Origin: Gaiellaceae bacterium | GTDB lineage: Bacteria; Actinomycetota; Thermoleophilia; Gaiellales; Gaiellaceae | Direction of reading: 5' to 3' | NCBI GenBank assembly: GCA_045805985.1 | Contig: JBJMKA010000015.1 | Location: forward strand, 31,843 to 95,842 | Length of the DNA stretch: 64,000 nucleotides | In this document: positions 1 through 8,826 of the stretch, one piece after another | Numbering within the stretch: the first letter of the stretch is position 1 | How the letters are laid out: each line of letters begins with the position of its first letter | The notes under the pieces: generated by a model | Databases searched by the model: none | Told to the model about the DNA's origin: nothing | Seen by the model: only the letters and a program-made list of their open reading frames with translations | Made by a program: the position numbers and the translations under genes

Positions 1-96
1 CGTGTCGAGACCCGCCAGCTTCAGCTTGTCCATCTCAGTCTTCGCGAACGCGTAGTCCTGCGCCTTCACGACGTCGTCGGCGGCGCCGACCATCAT
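1..96 (-). CDS. 5' end of an unidentified gene running off the window edge (MMVGAADDVVKAQDYAFAKTEMDKLKLAGLDT...)
   Basis: ATG-ATG at 96..91 on the minus strand. 30 of 32 codons end in G/C, as in confirmed genes here. The competing +strand extension 95..193 of uvrC is rich in A/T-ending codons. Confidence 0.35.
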   Translation of the reverse strand, partial: MMVGAADDVVKAQDYAFAKTEMDKLKLAGLDT

Positions 97-193
97 GAAC
101 GGGCCGCCGGCGAACGACGACGGCGCCCACACCAAAAAGACCAGCACAACCCCTAAGAGCGCCCTCACGGGTGCAGAGTACCCTGGCTCTCCG

Positions 194-2053
194 ATGGCAA
201 CGGACCGCATCGAAAGCCAGCTGAAGCGCCTCTCGACGGGGCCCGGCGTGTACATCCTGCGCGACGCGAAGGGCGACGTCCTTTACGTGGGCAAGGCGAA
301 GTCGCTCCGGCCGCGCGTGCGCTCGTACTTCCAGGCGGGCTCGAGCGACACACGCCAGGGGATCCGCCAGATGGCCTCGCGGGTGGAGGCGATCGAGACG
401 ATCGTCACTTCGAGCGAGGTCGAGGCACTGCACCTCGAGCAGAACCTCGTCAAGCGCCACCGCCCGCCGTTCAACGTGCGCCTGCGGGACGACAAGTCGT
501 TCCCCTACATCGCGGTCACTGTCGAGGACGACTTCCCGCGCGTGATGTTCACGCGCGAGCGTCACCGGCGCGGCATCGTCTACTTCGGGCCGTACGCGAA
601 CGCGAAGAAGGTGCGCGAGACGCTCGACGTGCTCAACCGCGTCTTTCGCTACCGCCCGTGCGAGGGGCCGCAGCCCGGCCGGCACAGCGGCATCCCGTGC
701 CTCGACTTCCACATCGAGCGCTGTTACGCGCCGTGTGTCGGCTACATCTCGAAGGAGGACTACCGCGACCTGATCGACCAGGTGATCGAGTTCCTCTCCG
801 GCGACGACCGGCCGATCCGCCGGCGGCTCGAGGAGCAGATGCGGGACGCGGCGGCGGAGGAGCGGTTCGAGGACGCGGCGCGTTATCGCAACCGGTTGCA
901 TGCGATCGAGCGCCTGTCTGAGCGTCAGGCTGTCGAGCGCAAGTCGATCGGGACGATCGACGTGATCGGCGTCGCGGTCTCGTCCGAGCGCGCGGCAGTG
1001 CAGGTGTTCCCGCTGCGCGACGGGCGCATGGTCGACCGCTACTCGTTCCACCTCGAAAACGCAGCGGGCGAGCCGGTCGAGGAGGTGCTTGAGCAGTTTT
1101 GCCTGGAGTACTACGGCTCGGCGCCGTCGATCCCGCCGCAGATCCTCGTGCCGCGCGGGACCGGCGACCTGACGGCGCTCGAGCTGTTCCTCTCGGAGCG
1201 CCGAGGCTCGCACGTCGAGGTGCGCGCGCCCGAGCGCGGCGAGAAGCGACGCCTGCAGGAGCTCGCGCAGCAGAACGCGCAGCTCGCGCTCGACTCGCAG
1301 ACGTTCGTGACGGAGACGAAGCGTGCGCGGCGGATGGAGTCGCTCGAGGAGCTGCGCGAAGCACTGAACCTCGAGTCGCTGCCGATCCGGATCGAGTGCT
1401 TCGACATCTCGAACATCCAGGGCCAGGAGATCGTCGGCTCGATGGTCGTGTTCGAGGATGCGGTCGCGAAGAAGGCGCACTACCGCAAGTTCACGGTGAA
1501 GGGTGTCGAGGGCCAGGACGACTTCGCGTCGATGCGCGAGGTGATCTCGCGTCGCTTCTCACGCCTCTCTGCCGATCCCGGCTCGGACGACTGGAACGAG
1601 TCATTCGCTGCAACGCCGAACCTTGTCGTGATCGACGGCGGCAAAGGCCAGCTGAGCGCGGCGCTGGCGGCGATGCAAGAGCTCGACCTGCCGCGCGTCG
1701 CGGTGATCTCGCTCGCGAAGCGCATCGAAGAGGTGTTCGTCCCCGGCCGCCCCGACCCGATCATCCTCGACCCGCGCTCGCCCGGCCTGCAGCTCCTGCA
1801 GCGGATCCGGGACGAGGCGCACCGCTTCGCCGTCACGTTCCATCGCCAGCGGCGCGACGCGGCGGCGCGCGAGTCGGTTTTCGATCAAATCGAAGGTGTC
1901 GGCCCGGCCCGGCGGCGCGCGCTGCTGCGGCACTTCGGCTCGGCCGACCGCGTGCTCGCGGCGACGGAGGAAGAGCTGGAGGGCGTCCCGGGCCTGCCGG
2001 CACGGACCGCGCGCAGCATCTACTCGCAGCTGCGCCGGACCGGCCGCGCGTAG
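194..2053 (+). CDS. uvrC: Excinuclease ABC subunit C
   Basis: ORF 95..2053. GIY-YIG N-terminus (GVYILRDAKGDVLYVGKAKSLRPRVRSYF), UvrC central region, C-terminal helix-hairpin-helix (GVGPARRRALLRHFGS). Start moved to ATG 194 on codon usage. Confidence 0.95.
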   Translation: MATDRIESQLKRLSTGPGVYILRDAKGDVLYVGKAKSLRPRVRSYFQAGSSDTRQGIRQMASRVEAIETIVTSSEVEALHLEQNLVKRHRPPFNVRLRDDKSFPYIAVTVEDDFPRVMFTRERHRRGIVYFGPYANAKKVRETLDVLNRVFRYRPCEGPQPGRHSGIPCLDFHIERCYAPCVGYISKEDYRDLIDQVIEFLSGDDRPIRRRLEEQMRDAAAEERFEDAARYRNRLHAIERLSERQAVERKSIGTIDVIGVAVSSERAAVQVFPLRDGRMVDRYSFHLENAAGEPVEEVLEQFCLEYYGSAPSIPPQILVPRGTGDLTALELFLSERRGSHVEVRAPERGEKRRLQELAQQNAQLALDSQTFVTETKRARRMESLEELREALNLESLPIRIECFDISNIQGQEIVGSMVVFEDAVAKKAHYRKFTVKGVEGQDDFASMREVISRRFSRLSADPGSDDWNESFAATPNLVVIDGGKGQLSAALAAMQELDLPRVAVISLAKRIEEVFVPGRPDPIILDPRSPGLQLLQRIRDEAHRFAVTFHRQRRDAAARESVFDQIEGVGPARRRALLRHFGSADRVLAATEEELEGVPGLPARTARSIYSQLRRTGRA

Positions 2054-2064
2054 GCTACGCCCCC

Positions 2065-2502
2065 GTGCGCCGTCTTGCACTCTTGCTCGCCGCCCTCGCA
2101 CTCGCCGGTTGCGGCGGCTCGTCCGGCACGACGCTGTACGCAGGTGGCGACTGGAAGCTCGTCCTCGACGGCGGTCAGGCGACCGCATTCCACCAAGTCG
2201 CGGGCACCTGGAAGGCGGACACGACGGGCGCCGTGAAGATCCGGATTCTCGCGCCCGAGGGCACGGTCGCGGCGATGCCCCAGGTCGCCGCCGAGCTCTC
2301 GGCGAAGAAGCCGTTGATCGAGTCCGGCATGTGGGTCGACGGCACCGAGCTGACCGCCAAGGGCGGCGGGCTCACACCGACGAAGGGAACGATCTACGGC
2401 GCGCCGGCAGCGCCGCTGACCAAGGGCACGCACGTCGCCGTCGCCTACGCTCGGACGGACGACCACGCCACGGCCGTGGCCTGGTCGTTCACCGTGGCCT
2501 GA
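2065..2502 (+). CDS. Small lipoprotein, function unknown
   Basis: In-frame tail of ORF 1099..2502. GTG 2065 gives VRRLALLLAALALAGCGGSS, a signal peptide plus lipobox L-A-G-C. Confidence 0.7.
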   Translation: MRRLALLLAALALAGCGGSSGTTLYAGGDWKLVLDGGQATAFHQVAGTWKADTTGAVKIRILAPEGTVAAMPQVAAELSAKKPLIESGMWVDGTELTAKGGGLTPTKGTIYGAPAAPLTKGTHVAVAYARTDDHATAVAWSFTVA

Positions 2503-2509
2503 GCCTCGT

Positions 2510-4162
2510 CTAGCTCCCGGCGGTGTCCGGGTCCGTGTCCATGAACGGGTACCGGTAGTTCTTGGGCGGGATGAACGTCTCCTTGATCGTGCGGGGGCTG
2601 ACCCAGCGGATCACGTTCCACATCGAGCCGGCCTTGTCGTTCGTCCCCGAGGCGCGCGCGCCGCCGAACGGCTGCTGGCCCACCACGGCACCTGTCGGCT
2701 TGTCGTTCACGTAGAAGTTGCCCGCCGCATAGCGGAGCTTGTCGCGCGCATCGTCGATCGCGGCGCGGTCCTCGGAGAAGACGGCGCCCGTGAGCCCATA
2801 GGGCGCGGTGCTGTCGACGAGCGCGAGCGTCTCGTCCCACTTGCTTTCGTCGTAGACGTAGGTGGTGACGACCGGCCCGAAGAGCTCGTCGCGCATCGTG
2901 CGGAAGCCGGGATCGCTCGTCTCGATCACCGTGGGCTCGACGAAGTAGCCGTGCGAGTCGTCGTAGCCGCCGCCGACGACGATGTCGGCGGCCGCGCTTG
3001 CCTTCGCCTCCTCGATCGCCTCGGCCTGTGTGCGGAAGGACGAGCTGTCGATCACGGCACCCATGAAGTTCCCGAAGTCGGAGACGTCCCCCATCTTGAT
3101 TGTCGCCACCTCTTCCTGAAGCCGTTCGCGCAGCGCCGGCCAGAGGTTCGACGGCGCGTAGACGCGCGAAGACGCCGAGCACTTCTGTCCCTGGTACTCG
3201 AACGAGCCGCGCACAATCGCCGTGGCGAGCGCGTCGACATCTGCCGACGGGTGCGCGACGATGAAGTCCTTGCCGCCCGTCTCGCCGACGATGCGCGGGT
3301 AGTTGCGGTATCGCTCCATGTTCGACGCGACCGTGCGCCACATCGAGTTGAAGACCGGGGTGGAGCCGGTGAAGTGGATGCCCGCGAGGTGCGGGCTGGA
3401 GAGGGCCGCGTCGCCGATCGTCGCGCCCGATCCGTAGACGAGGTTGATCACCCCGTCCGGTAGACCGGCCTCCTGGAAGAGGCGCATCAAGTAGTAGGCG
3501 GAGAGCATCGCCGTGCCCGCCGGCTTCCAGACGACGACGTTGCCCATCAGCGCCGGCGAGCTCGTCAGGTTCGCGGCGATCGCGGTGAAGTTGAACGGTG
3601 AGACCGCGAAGACGAAGCCTTCGAGCGGACGGTACTCCAGGCGGTTCCAGATTCCGGGCGAAGAGACCGGCTGCTCCGAGTACACGCGGTGCATGAACTC
3701 GACGTTGAAGCGGAAGAAGTCGATCGATTCGCAGGCCGCGTCGATCTCCGCCTGGTGGGCCGTCTTCGACTGGCCGAGCATCGTCGCGGCGTTGAGGGTG
3801 TCGCGCCAAGGCCCTGCGAGCAGCTCGGCCGCGCGCAGCACCACACCCGCGCGCTCCTCCCACGGCCAGCGCGACCAGTCCTCCCAGGCCTTCGCCGCGG
3901 CGTCGATCGCGAGCTGCACGTGCTCGGCGCCGCCCTGGTGGACCTCGGCGAGGACGTGCTCCTTGTCGTGCGGCATCACGGCCGGCTTCGTCTCGCCGGT
4001 GAAGACGTCCTCGCCGCCGATCACGAGTGGGATCTCGGTGCGCTCGTTGCGCATCTGCTCGAGCCGGAGCTGCAGGCGCAGGCGCTCCGGGCTGCCGGGG
4101 GCGTAGTCGTGGATCGGCTCGTTGTGGGCGGGCGGGGGACGGAGGATCGCGTGGGTGCTCAT
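2510..4162 (-). CDS. pruA: L-glutamate gamma-semialdehyde (1-pyrroline-5-carboxylate) dehydrogenase
   Basis: ORF 2510..4744 trimmed to ATG 4162 (MSTHAILRPP). Aldehyde dehydrogenase motifs VGETGGKD and EYQGQKCSA. About 550 aa, typical of PruA. The upstream 190 codons are Arg/Gly-rich junk. Confidence 0.9.
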   Translation of the reverse strand: MSTHAILRPPPAHNEPIHDYAPGSPERLRLQLRLEQMRNERTEIPLVIGGEDVFTGETKPAVMPHDKEHVLAEVHQGGAEHVQLAIDAAAKAWEDWSRWPWEERAGVVLRAAELLAGPWRDTLNAATMLGQSKTAHQAEIDAACESIDFFRFNVEFMHRVYSEQPVSSPGIWNRLEYRPLEGFVFAVSPFNFTAIAANLTSSPALMGNVVVWKPAGTAMLSAYYLMRLFQEAGLPDGVINLVYGSGATIGDAALSSPHLAGIHFTGSTPVFNSMWRTVASNMERYRNYPRIVGETGGKDFIVAHPSADVDALATAIVRGSFEYQGQKCSASSRVYAPSNLWPALRERLQEEVATIKMGDVSDFGNFMGAVIDSSSFRTQAEAIEEAKASAAADIVVGGGYDDSHGYFVEPTVIETSDPGFRTMRDELFGPVVTTYVYDESKWDETLALVDSTAPYGLTGAVFSEDRAAIDDARDKLRYAAGNFYVNDKPTGAVVGQQPFGGARASGTNDKAGSMWNVIRWVSPRTIKETFIPPKNYRYPFMDTDPDTAGS

Positions 4163-4182
4163 GCGCCGTACACTACGGCCGC

Positions 4183-4689
4183 TCAGCGCCGAAGGAGATA
4201 GGTCGCCGTCACGACCACCCACACCATGAAGCCGAGCGACGAGGCGTACACCGCGTCGCCGGCAAGCGTCCAGTCCGCGGCGCCCTCGACGACGCCGACT
4301 GCCAGCACGGCGAGACCTCCCACGAGGCCGGCCTGCCCAAACCACCGGGGAATCTTGCGCGCGCGCCAGGCGGCCAGCGACGAGCCGATGATCACCGTGG
4401 CGGCGCAGGCGGAGGATGGAGCGGCGCTCTGGGTGGTGGCGGCCAGGACCGCAAGCGTTTGCAACACGAGATATGCCGCGCCGCCCAGCACAACGATGCT
4501 TGCGAAGAACCCGTCGGGATCGAAGCGCACGAGCTGGGCCCGCAAGCTCGCGATGAACCAGAGATAGGCGAACGCGGCCGCCGTGAGGAGGGCGGTCGTC
4601 GCGCGCGCATGGTCGCGCCCAAGGAGGAGCGCGGGGAGCGCGAGCGCCACATATGCATATCCCAGAGCCGGGAGCCTCGCCCGCGTCAC
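4183..4689 (-). CDS. Hypothetical integral membrane protein
   Basis: ORF with GTG start. About five hydrophobic helices. Good G/C third-position bias. No family recognised. Confidence 0.6.
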   Translation of the reverse strand: MTRARLPALGYAYVALALPALLLGRDHARATTALLTAAAFAYLWFIASLRAQLVRFDPDGFFASIVVLGGAAYLVLQTLAVLAATTQSAAPSSACAATVIIGSSLAAWRARKIPRWFGQAGLVGGLAVLAVGVVEGAADWTLAGDAVYASSLGFMVWVVVTATYLLRR

Positions 4690-4713
4690 GCGGCGAAGCT
4701 ACAACATCGAGGG

Positions 4714-5178
4714 ATGAAGCCGACGCTCTTGCAGTACTACGCACCCGGCTGGGGCGTGGGCGAGGTGTGGCTCGACGACGACGGACGCGTCTTCTACAGC
4801 GAGCTCCCCCGTCCGAAACGGCCCCGTCCGGTGTCAGACACGGGTGATGTCCTTGCGGGACGGTTGGCCGCGTTCTTCGCCGGCGCGCCCGACGACTTCG
4901 CCGACGTGCCGCTGGGGATCGACGATGGCTTCTACGGCGACTGCGCCCGGGTCTTGCGAGGCGTGCGGCGCGGGGAGGTCGTCACCTACGGCGAGCTGGC
5001 GGCCCTCGCCGGCTATCCCGGCGCCGCGCGCGCGGCGGGGACGTTCTGCGCCCGTTGCGAGCTCGCGCCGTTCCTGCCCGTGCACCGCGTGATCGCGGCC
5101 AACGGGATCGGGAGCTGGGGGACGCTCGGCGTCGAGTACAAACGACGGCTGCTGGAGCTCGACCATGTCGTTATCTGA
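4714..5178 (+). CDS. Ogt/MGMT-fold protein lacking the acceptor cysteine (alkyltransferase-like)
   Basis: Tail of ORF 4027..5178 from ATG 4714 (MKPTLLQYY). MGMT DNA-binding domain (VTYGELAALAGYPGAARAAG ... LPVHRVIAANG), with PVHRV where Ogt has PCHRV. Confidence 0.8.
   Translation: MKPTLLQYYAPGWGVGEVWLDDDGRVFYSELPRPKRPRPVSDTGDVLAGRLAAFFAGAPDDFADVPLGIDDGFYGDCARVLRGVRRGEVVTYGELAALAGYPGAARAAGTFCARCELAPFLPVHRVIAANGIGSWGTLGVEYKRRLLELDHVVI
4830..4842. repeat. Copy of the GTGTCAGACAC palindrome inside the Ogt-like gene
   Basis: gGTGTCAGACACg, read in frame as V-S-D-T (PRPVSDTGDV). Confidence 0.7.
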
Positions 5179-6070
5179 CGAACTCCGCGACGAGCTGGCG
5201 CAGATCGCGCCTGCTCGCCGCTGCTGTCGCCACGCCGAGCTCTCGGCGCTCTTCCACGCGTCCGGTGCCTGGCACCTGCGCGGCGGGCACGTCGCCGTGC
5301 ACCTCGACCTCGCCGGCTCTGCGGCGGCGCGGCGCGCGTTCGCGCTCTTGCGCGACCTCGGCGTCCGCTCCGAGATCCGCACCTACAGGCGCCGGGCGTT
5401 CGAGCAGGCGACCAGGTACCAGCTGCACGTCGAGGTCGACGACCGCGCGCTCAGTGTGCTGCGCGAGGCAGGCGTCCTCTCGCCGACGGGAGCGCCCCTC
5501 GAGCATCCTCCGAAGCGCGTCGTCGGCCGCTCCTGCTGCCGGGGCGCGTACCTGCGAGGCGCGCTGCTGGGTGCCGGCTCGCTGTCCGGTCCGCGCGACC
5601 CGCACCTCGAGGTGCGGGCGAGCGGCCTCGACGGCGCGCGCTTCATCGCCGAGGTCGCGGCACGGGAGGGCGTCGAGCTCTCGGTGGCGGAGCGTCGCGC
5701 GCACGCGGTCGCATACGCCAAGGGCCACGAGCCGATCGCGCACGTGCTTGCGCTCGCCGGCGCGGGTGACACCGTGCTGAGGCTCGAAGAGCACGCGGTG
5801 GTCGCCGCGCTTCGCGCCGATGCGAACCGACTTGCGAACGCGGATGAGGCGAATCTCGTGCGCGCCGCGCGCGCCGCCCACCGGCAGCTCGAGGCGATCC
5901 GGTCCCTCGACCTCGACGCGTTGCCCCCGCAGCTGGCCGAGATCGCGGAGCTCCGTCTGCGCCACCCGTCCGCATCGCTCCGAGAGCTCGCGGCGAAGGC
6001 CCGGCCACCTCTCTCCAAAGCCTCTGCACACCGTCGCTTGCAGGCCGTCGTGAAGCTTGTTGAAAACTAA
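5165..6070 (+). CDS. whiA: Sporulation/cell-division transcription factor WhiA
   Basis: Full-length ORF. Degenerate LAGLIDADG-type N-domain and C-terminal HTH (SLRELAAKARPPLSKASAHRRLQ). Start overlaps the preceding stop by 14 nt. Confidence 0.93.
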   Translation: MSLSDELRDELAQIAPARRCCRHAELSALFHASGAWHLRGGHVAVHLDLAGSAAARRAFALLRDLGVRSEIRTYRRRAFEQATRYQLHVEVDDRALSVLREAGVLSPTGAPLEHPPKRVVGRSCCRGAYLRGALLGAGSLSGPRDPHLEVRASGLDGARFIAEVAAREGVELSVAERRAHAVAYAKGHEPIAHVLALAGAGDTVLRLEEHAVVAALRADANRLANADEANLVRAARAAHRQLEAIRSLDLDALPPQLAEIAELRLRHPSASLRELAAKARPPLSKASAHRRLQAVVKLVEN

Positions 6071-6271
6071 TGTTGTCTATTTTGCAACTGCTCTAGCCAC
6101 GGTCGCGCTGCGGTCCTCATACTGCGTTTGCGGCGGGCCCGGGTTCAGCCGACGGCGGATACAGACCCCGTCCACCGTCAGCGCTGAACGCGGTTCAAGC
6201 CTGGGGGGAGGATCGTCCTCGGAGCCTCCTCCCAGGCCCGCCGTGTGCGCGTTCAGATAGCTTTCGCGGCC

Positions 6272-7786
6272 GTGAGCCAGGCGAAATTCGACGAGCTCCG
6301 GACGCGGCTCGCAGAGATCGCCGATCTGGTGAAGACGGCGTCGGTCCTTGCCTGGGACCAGCAGGTGATGATGCCGCCGCGCGGCGCCGCGATCCGTGCG
6401 GAGCAGCTGGCGACCGTCGGCCGCATCGCCCACCAGAAGTTCACCTCCGCCGAGGTCGGCAAGCTGATCGACGACCTCCGCGACTGGGGTGAGCAAAAGG
6501 AGTACGACTCCCTCGAGGCGAGCCTCATTCGGGTCGCGGCGAAGGACTGGGAGAAGGCGAGCAAGGTCCCCTCCGAGCTGCGCGCTGAGATGTCGCGCTC
6601 GGCGGCGCTCGCAAATCCGGTCTGGGTCGAGGCGCGCAAGAACAACGACTTCAAGACGTTCCTGCCCGTCTTGCGCAAGAACCTCGACCTGCGCAAGCGC
6701 TACATCGAGTGCTTCGAGATCGACGACGAGCCGTACGACATCGTGCTCGACGACTACGAGCGTGGGATGAAGACGAAGGAAGTGCGCCGCATCTTCGACT
6801 ATCTGAAGGAGCACCAGGCGCCGCTCGTCAAGGAGGTCGCGGCGCGCGGCGGGAACGGGCCGCGGGCAGCGCAGTTCGAGATCGAGCCGCAGAAGGTCTT
6901 CGAGCTCGAGGTCGCTCATGCGTTCGGCTTCACGGAGGACGCCTGGCGGCTCGACCCGACCGTGCACCCATTCGCATCCGGCGCTGGCATCGAGGACATC
7001 CGCATCACGACCCGCTACTTCACCGAGCACCTCGGCGGCCTTTTCGGGACCATGCACGAGTTCGGTCACGGGCTCTACGAGCACCAGATCGATCCCACGC
7101 TCGAGCGCACGCCGCTCGCACGCGGCGTCTCGCTCGGCCTGCACGAGTCACAGAGCCGCATGTGGGAGAACCTCGTCGGGCGCTCGATGCCGTTCTGGCG
7201 GCACTTCTTCCCGCGCCTGCAGGAGCTGCACCCGGCGCTCCGCGACTACGACGTCGAGCGCTGGTATCGCGAGGTCAATCTCGTCGAGCCGTCGCTGATC
7301 CGCGTCGAGTCGGACGAGGCGACCTACAACCTCCACATCATCCTTCGCTTCGAGCTCGAGCAGGCTATGCTCGCGGACGAGTTCCCGCTCGAGCAGCTGC
7401 CGGACGAATGGAACAGCCGCATGTGGGACTATCTCGGGATTACGGTCCCGAACGATACGGAGGGCGTGCTCCAAGACGTCCACTGGTCGGGCGGGTCGAT
7501 CGGCTACTTCCCGACATATGCGCTCGGGAACCTGATCTCCGCGCAGATCTGGCAGTGCGTGATCGCCGACCTCCCGGATCTCTACGACGGCTTCGAGCAG
7601 GGCGAGTTCGGCCAGCTGCGCGACTGGCTGCGCGAGCACCTGCACCGGCACGGCCGCAAGTTCACGCCGGGCGAAACGCTCGAGCGCGTCTGCGGCACAC
7701 CCGAGATCGACCCGGAGCCGTACGTGCGCTACCTGCGCGAGAAGCTCGCTGCGATCTACGGGATCGCCGAGCCATCTCCTAGGTAA
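6272..7786 (+). CDS. M32 family (Taq-type) metallocarboxypeptidase
   Basis: ORF 6245..7786. HEFGHGLYE zinc motif and family-wide similarity. GTG 6272 is preferred; GTG 6245 is possible. Confidence 0.9.
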   Translation: MSQAKFDELRTRLAEIADLVKTASVLAWDQQVMMPPRGAAIRAEQLATVGRIAHQKFTSAEVGKLIDDLRDWGEQKEYDSLEASLIRVAAKDWEKASKVPSELRAEMSRSAALANPVWVEARKNNDFKTFLPVLRKNLDLRKRYIECFEIDDEPYDIVLDDYERGMKTKEVRRIFDYLKEHQAPLVKEVAARGGNGPRAAQFEIEPQKVFELEVAHAFGFTEDAWRLDPTVHPFASGAGIEDIRITTRYFTEHLGGLFGTMHEFGHGLYEHQIDPTLERTPLARGVSLGLHESQSRMWENLVGRSMPFWRHFFPRLQELHPALRDYDVERWYREVNLVEPSLIRVESDEATYNLHIILRFELEQAMLADEFPLEQLPDEWNSRMWDYLGITVPNDTEGVLQDVHWSGGSIGYFPTYALGNLISAQIWQCVIADLPDLYDGFEQGEFGQLRDWLREHLHRHGRKFTPGETLERVCGTPEIDPEPYVRYLREKLAAIYGIAEPSPR

Positions 7787-7823
7787 ACGTAGGCGCATCG
7801 CCTCCTAGGTAACGTAGGCGCAT
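7776..7823. repeat. Tandem 23/22-nt duplication at the carboxypeptidase-gap junction
   Basis: CTCCTAGGTAAACGTAGGCGCAT (7776..7798) and CTCCTAGGTAACGTAGGCGCAT (7802..7823). Copy 1 contains the TAA stop; copy 2 ends in the gap ATG. Confidence 0.85.
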
Positions 7824-8826
7824 GGCCAAAACTCGCGTAGGTATCAATGGATTCGGCCGGATCGGCCGTAACTTCTTCCGGGCAGCGCAGGAGCGCGGTG
7901 CGGACTTCGAGATCGTTGCGTTCAACGATCTCGGCGATGTTCCGACGATGGCGCACCTCCTCCGCCACGATTCGGTGCTCGGCCCGTTCAAGGGAACGGT
8001 GGAGGCGGAAGGCGGATCGCTGAAGGTCGACGGCAAGGAGCTGAAGGGCCTCGCCGAGCGGGATCCGGCCAACCTGCCGTGGGGAGATCTCGGCGTCGAC
8101 GTGGTGATCGAGTCGACCGGGTTCTTCACCGATCGTGCGTCCGCGCAGAAGCATCTCGATGCAGGGGCGAAGAAAGTGATCATCTCGGCGCCCGCCACCG
8201 ACCCCGACATCACGCTCGTCCTGGGCGTCAACGACGACCAGTACGACCCGGAGCAGCACTCGATCATCTCCAACGCCTCGTGCACGACGAACTGCGTCGC
8301 GCCGATGGCGAAGGTGCTCGACGAGACGTTCGGCGGGATCCAGCAGGGCTTCATGACAACCATCCACGCCTACACGAACGACCAGCAGGTGCTCGACCTC
8401 CCGCACAAGGATCTCCGTCGCGCGCACGCGGCCGCGATCAACCTCATTCCCACCTCGACCGGGGCCGCGAAGGCGATCGGCCTCGTGCTCCCGCACCTCA
8501 AGGGCAAGGTCGACGGCATCTCGGTGCGCGCACCCGTCGCGTGTGGCTCGATCACCGACTTCGTGGTCACGCTCGGCCGCGACGTGACGGCCGAAGAGAT
8601 CAACGCTGCCTTCAAGGCGGCCTCGGAGGACGGATCGCTCGCGCCCTACCTCCACTTCTCCACGGAGGAGCTCGTTTCGACCGCGATCGTCCATTCGCCG
8701 GCGTCCTGCACCTTCGACAGCAAGCTGACGATGGCAAGCGGCACGAATGCGAAGGTCTTCGGCTGGTACGACAACGAGTGGGGGTACTCGTGCCGCCTGG
8801 TCGACCTGGTTCCGCACGTCCTATGA
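7822..8826 (+). CDS. gap: Glyceraldehyde-3-phosphate dehydrogenase
   Basis: [11 protein letters not shown]-binding motif and SNASCTTNC active site. Full length, 334 aa. Confidence 0.97.
   Translation: MAKTRVGINGFGRIGRNFFRAAQERGADFEIVAFNDLGDVPTMAHLLRHDSVLGPFKGTVEAEGGSLKVDGKELKGLAERDPANLPWGDLGVDVVIESTGFFTDRASAQKHLDAGAKKVIISAPATDPDITLVLGVNDDQYDPEQHSIISNASCTTNCVAPMAKVLDETFGGIQQGFMTTIHAYTNDQQVLDLPHKDLRRAHAAAINLIPTSTGAAKAIGLVLPHLKGKVDGISVRAPVACGSITDFVVTLGRDVTAEEINAAFKAASEDGSLAPYLHFSTEELVSTAIVHSPASCTFDSKLTMASGTNAKVFGWYDNEWGYSCRLVDLVPHVL

Noticed and set aside
35-1480. Long antisense or out-of-frame ORFs in the supplied track, for example 35..1480(-), 20361..21830(-), 35755..38241(-), 43422..45350(-), 45106..46845(-), 54658..56934(-), 16719..17975(-) and 28174..29409(-).
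   Set aside because: They lie opposite or out of frame to genes with strong family motifs. Their translations are Arg/Ala/Pro/Gly-rich low-complexity sequence with no motifs. This is the usual stop-codon-poor artefact of very high G+C DNA.
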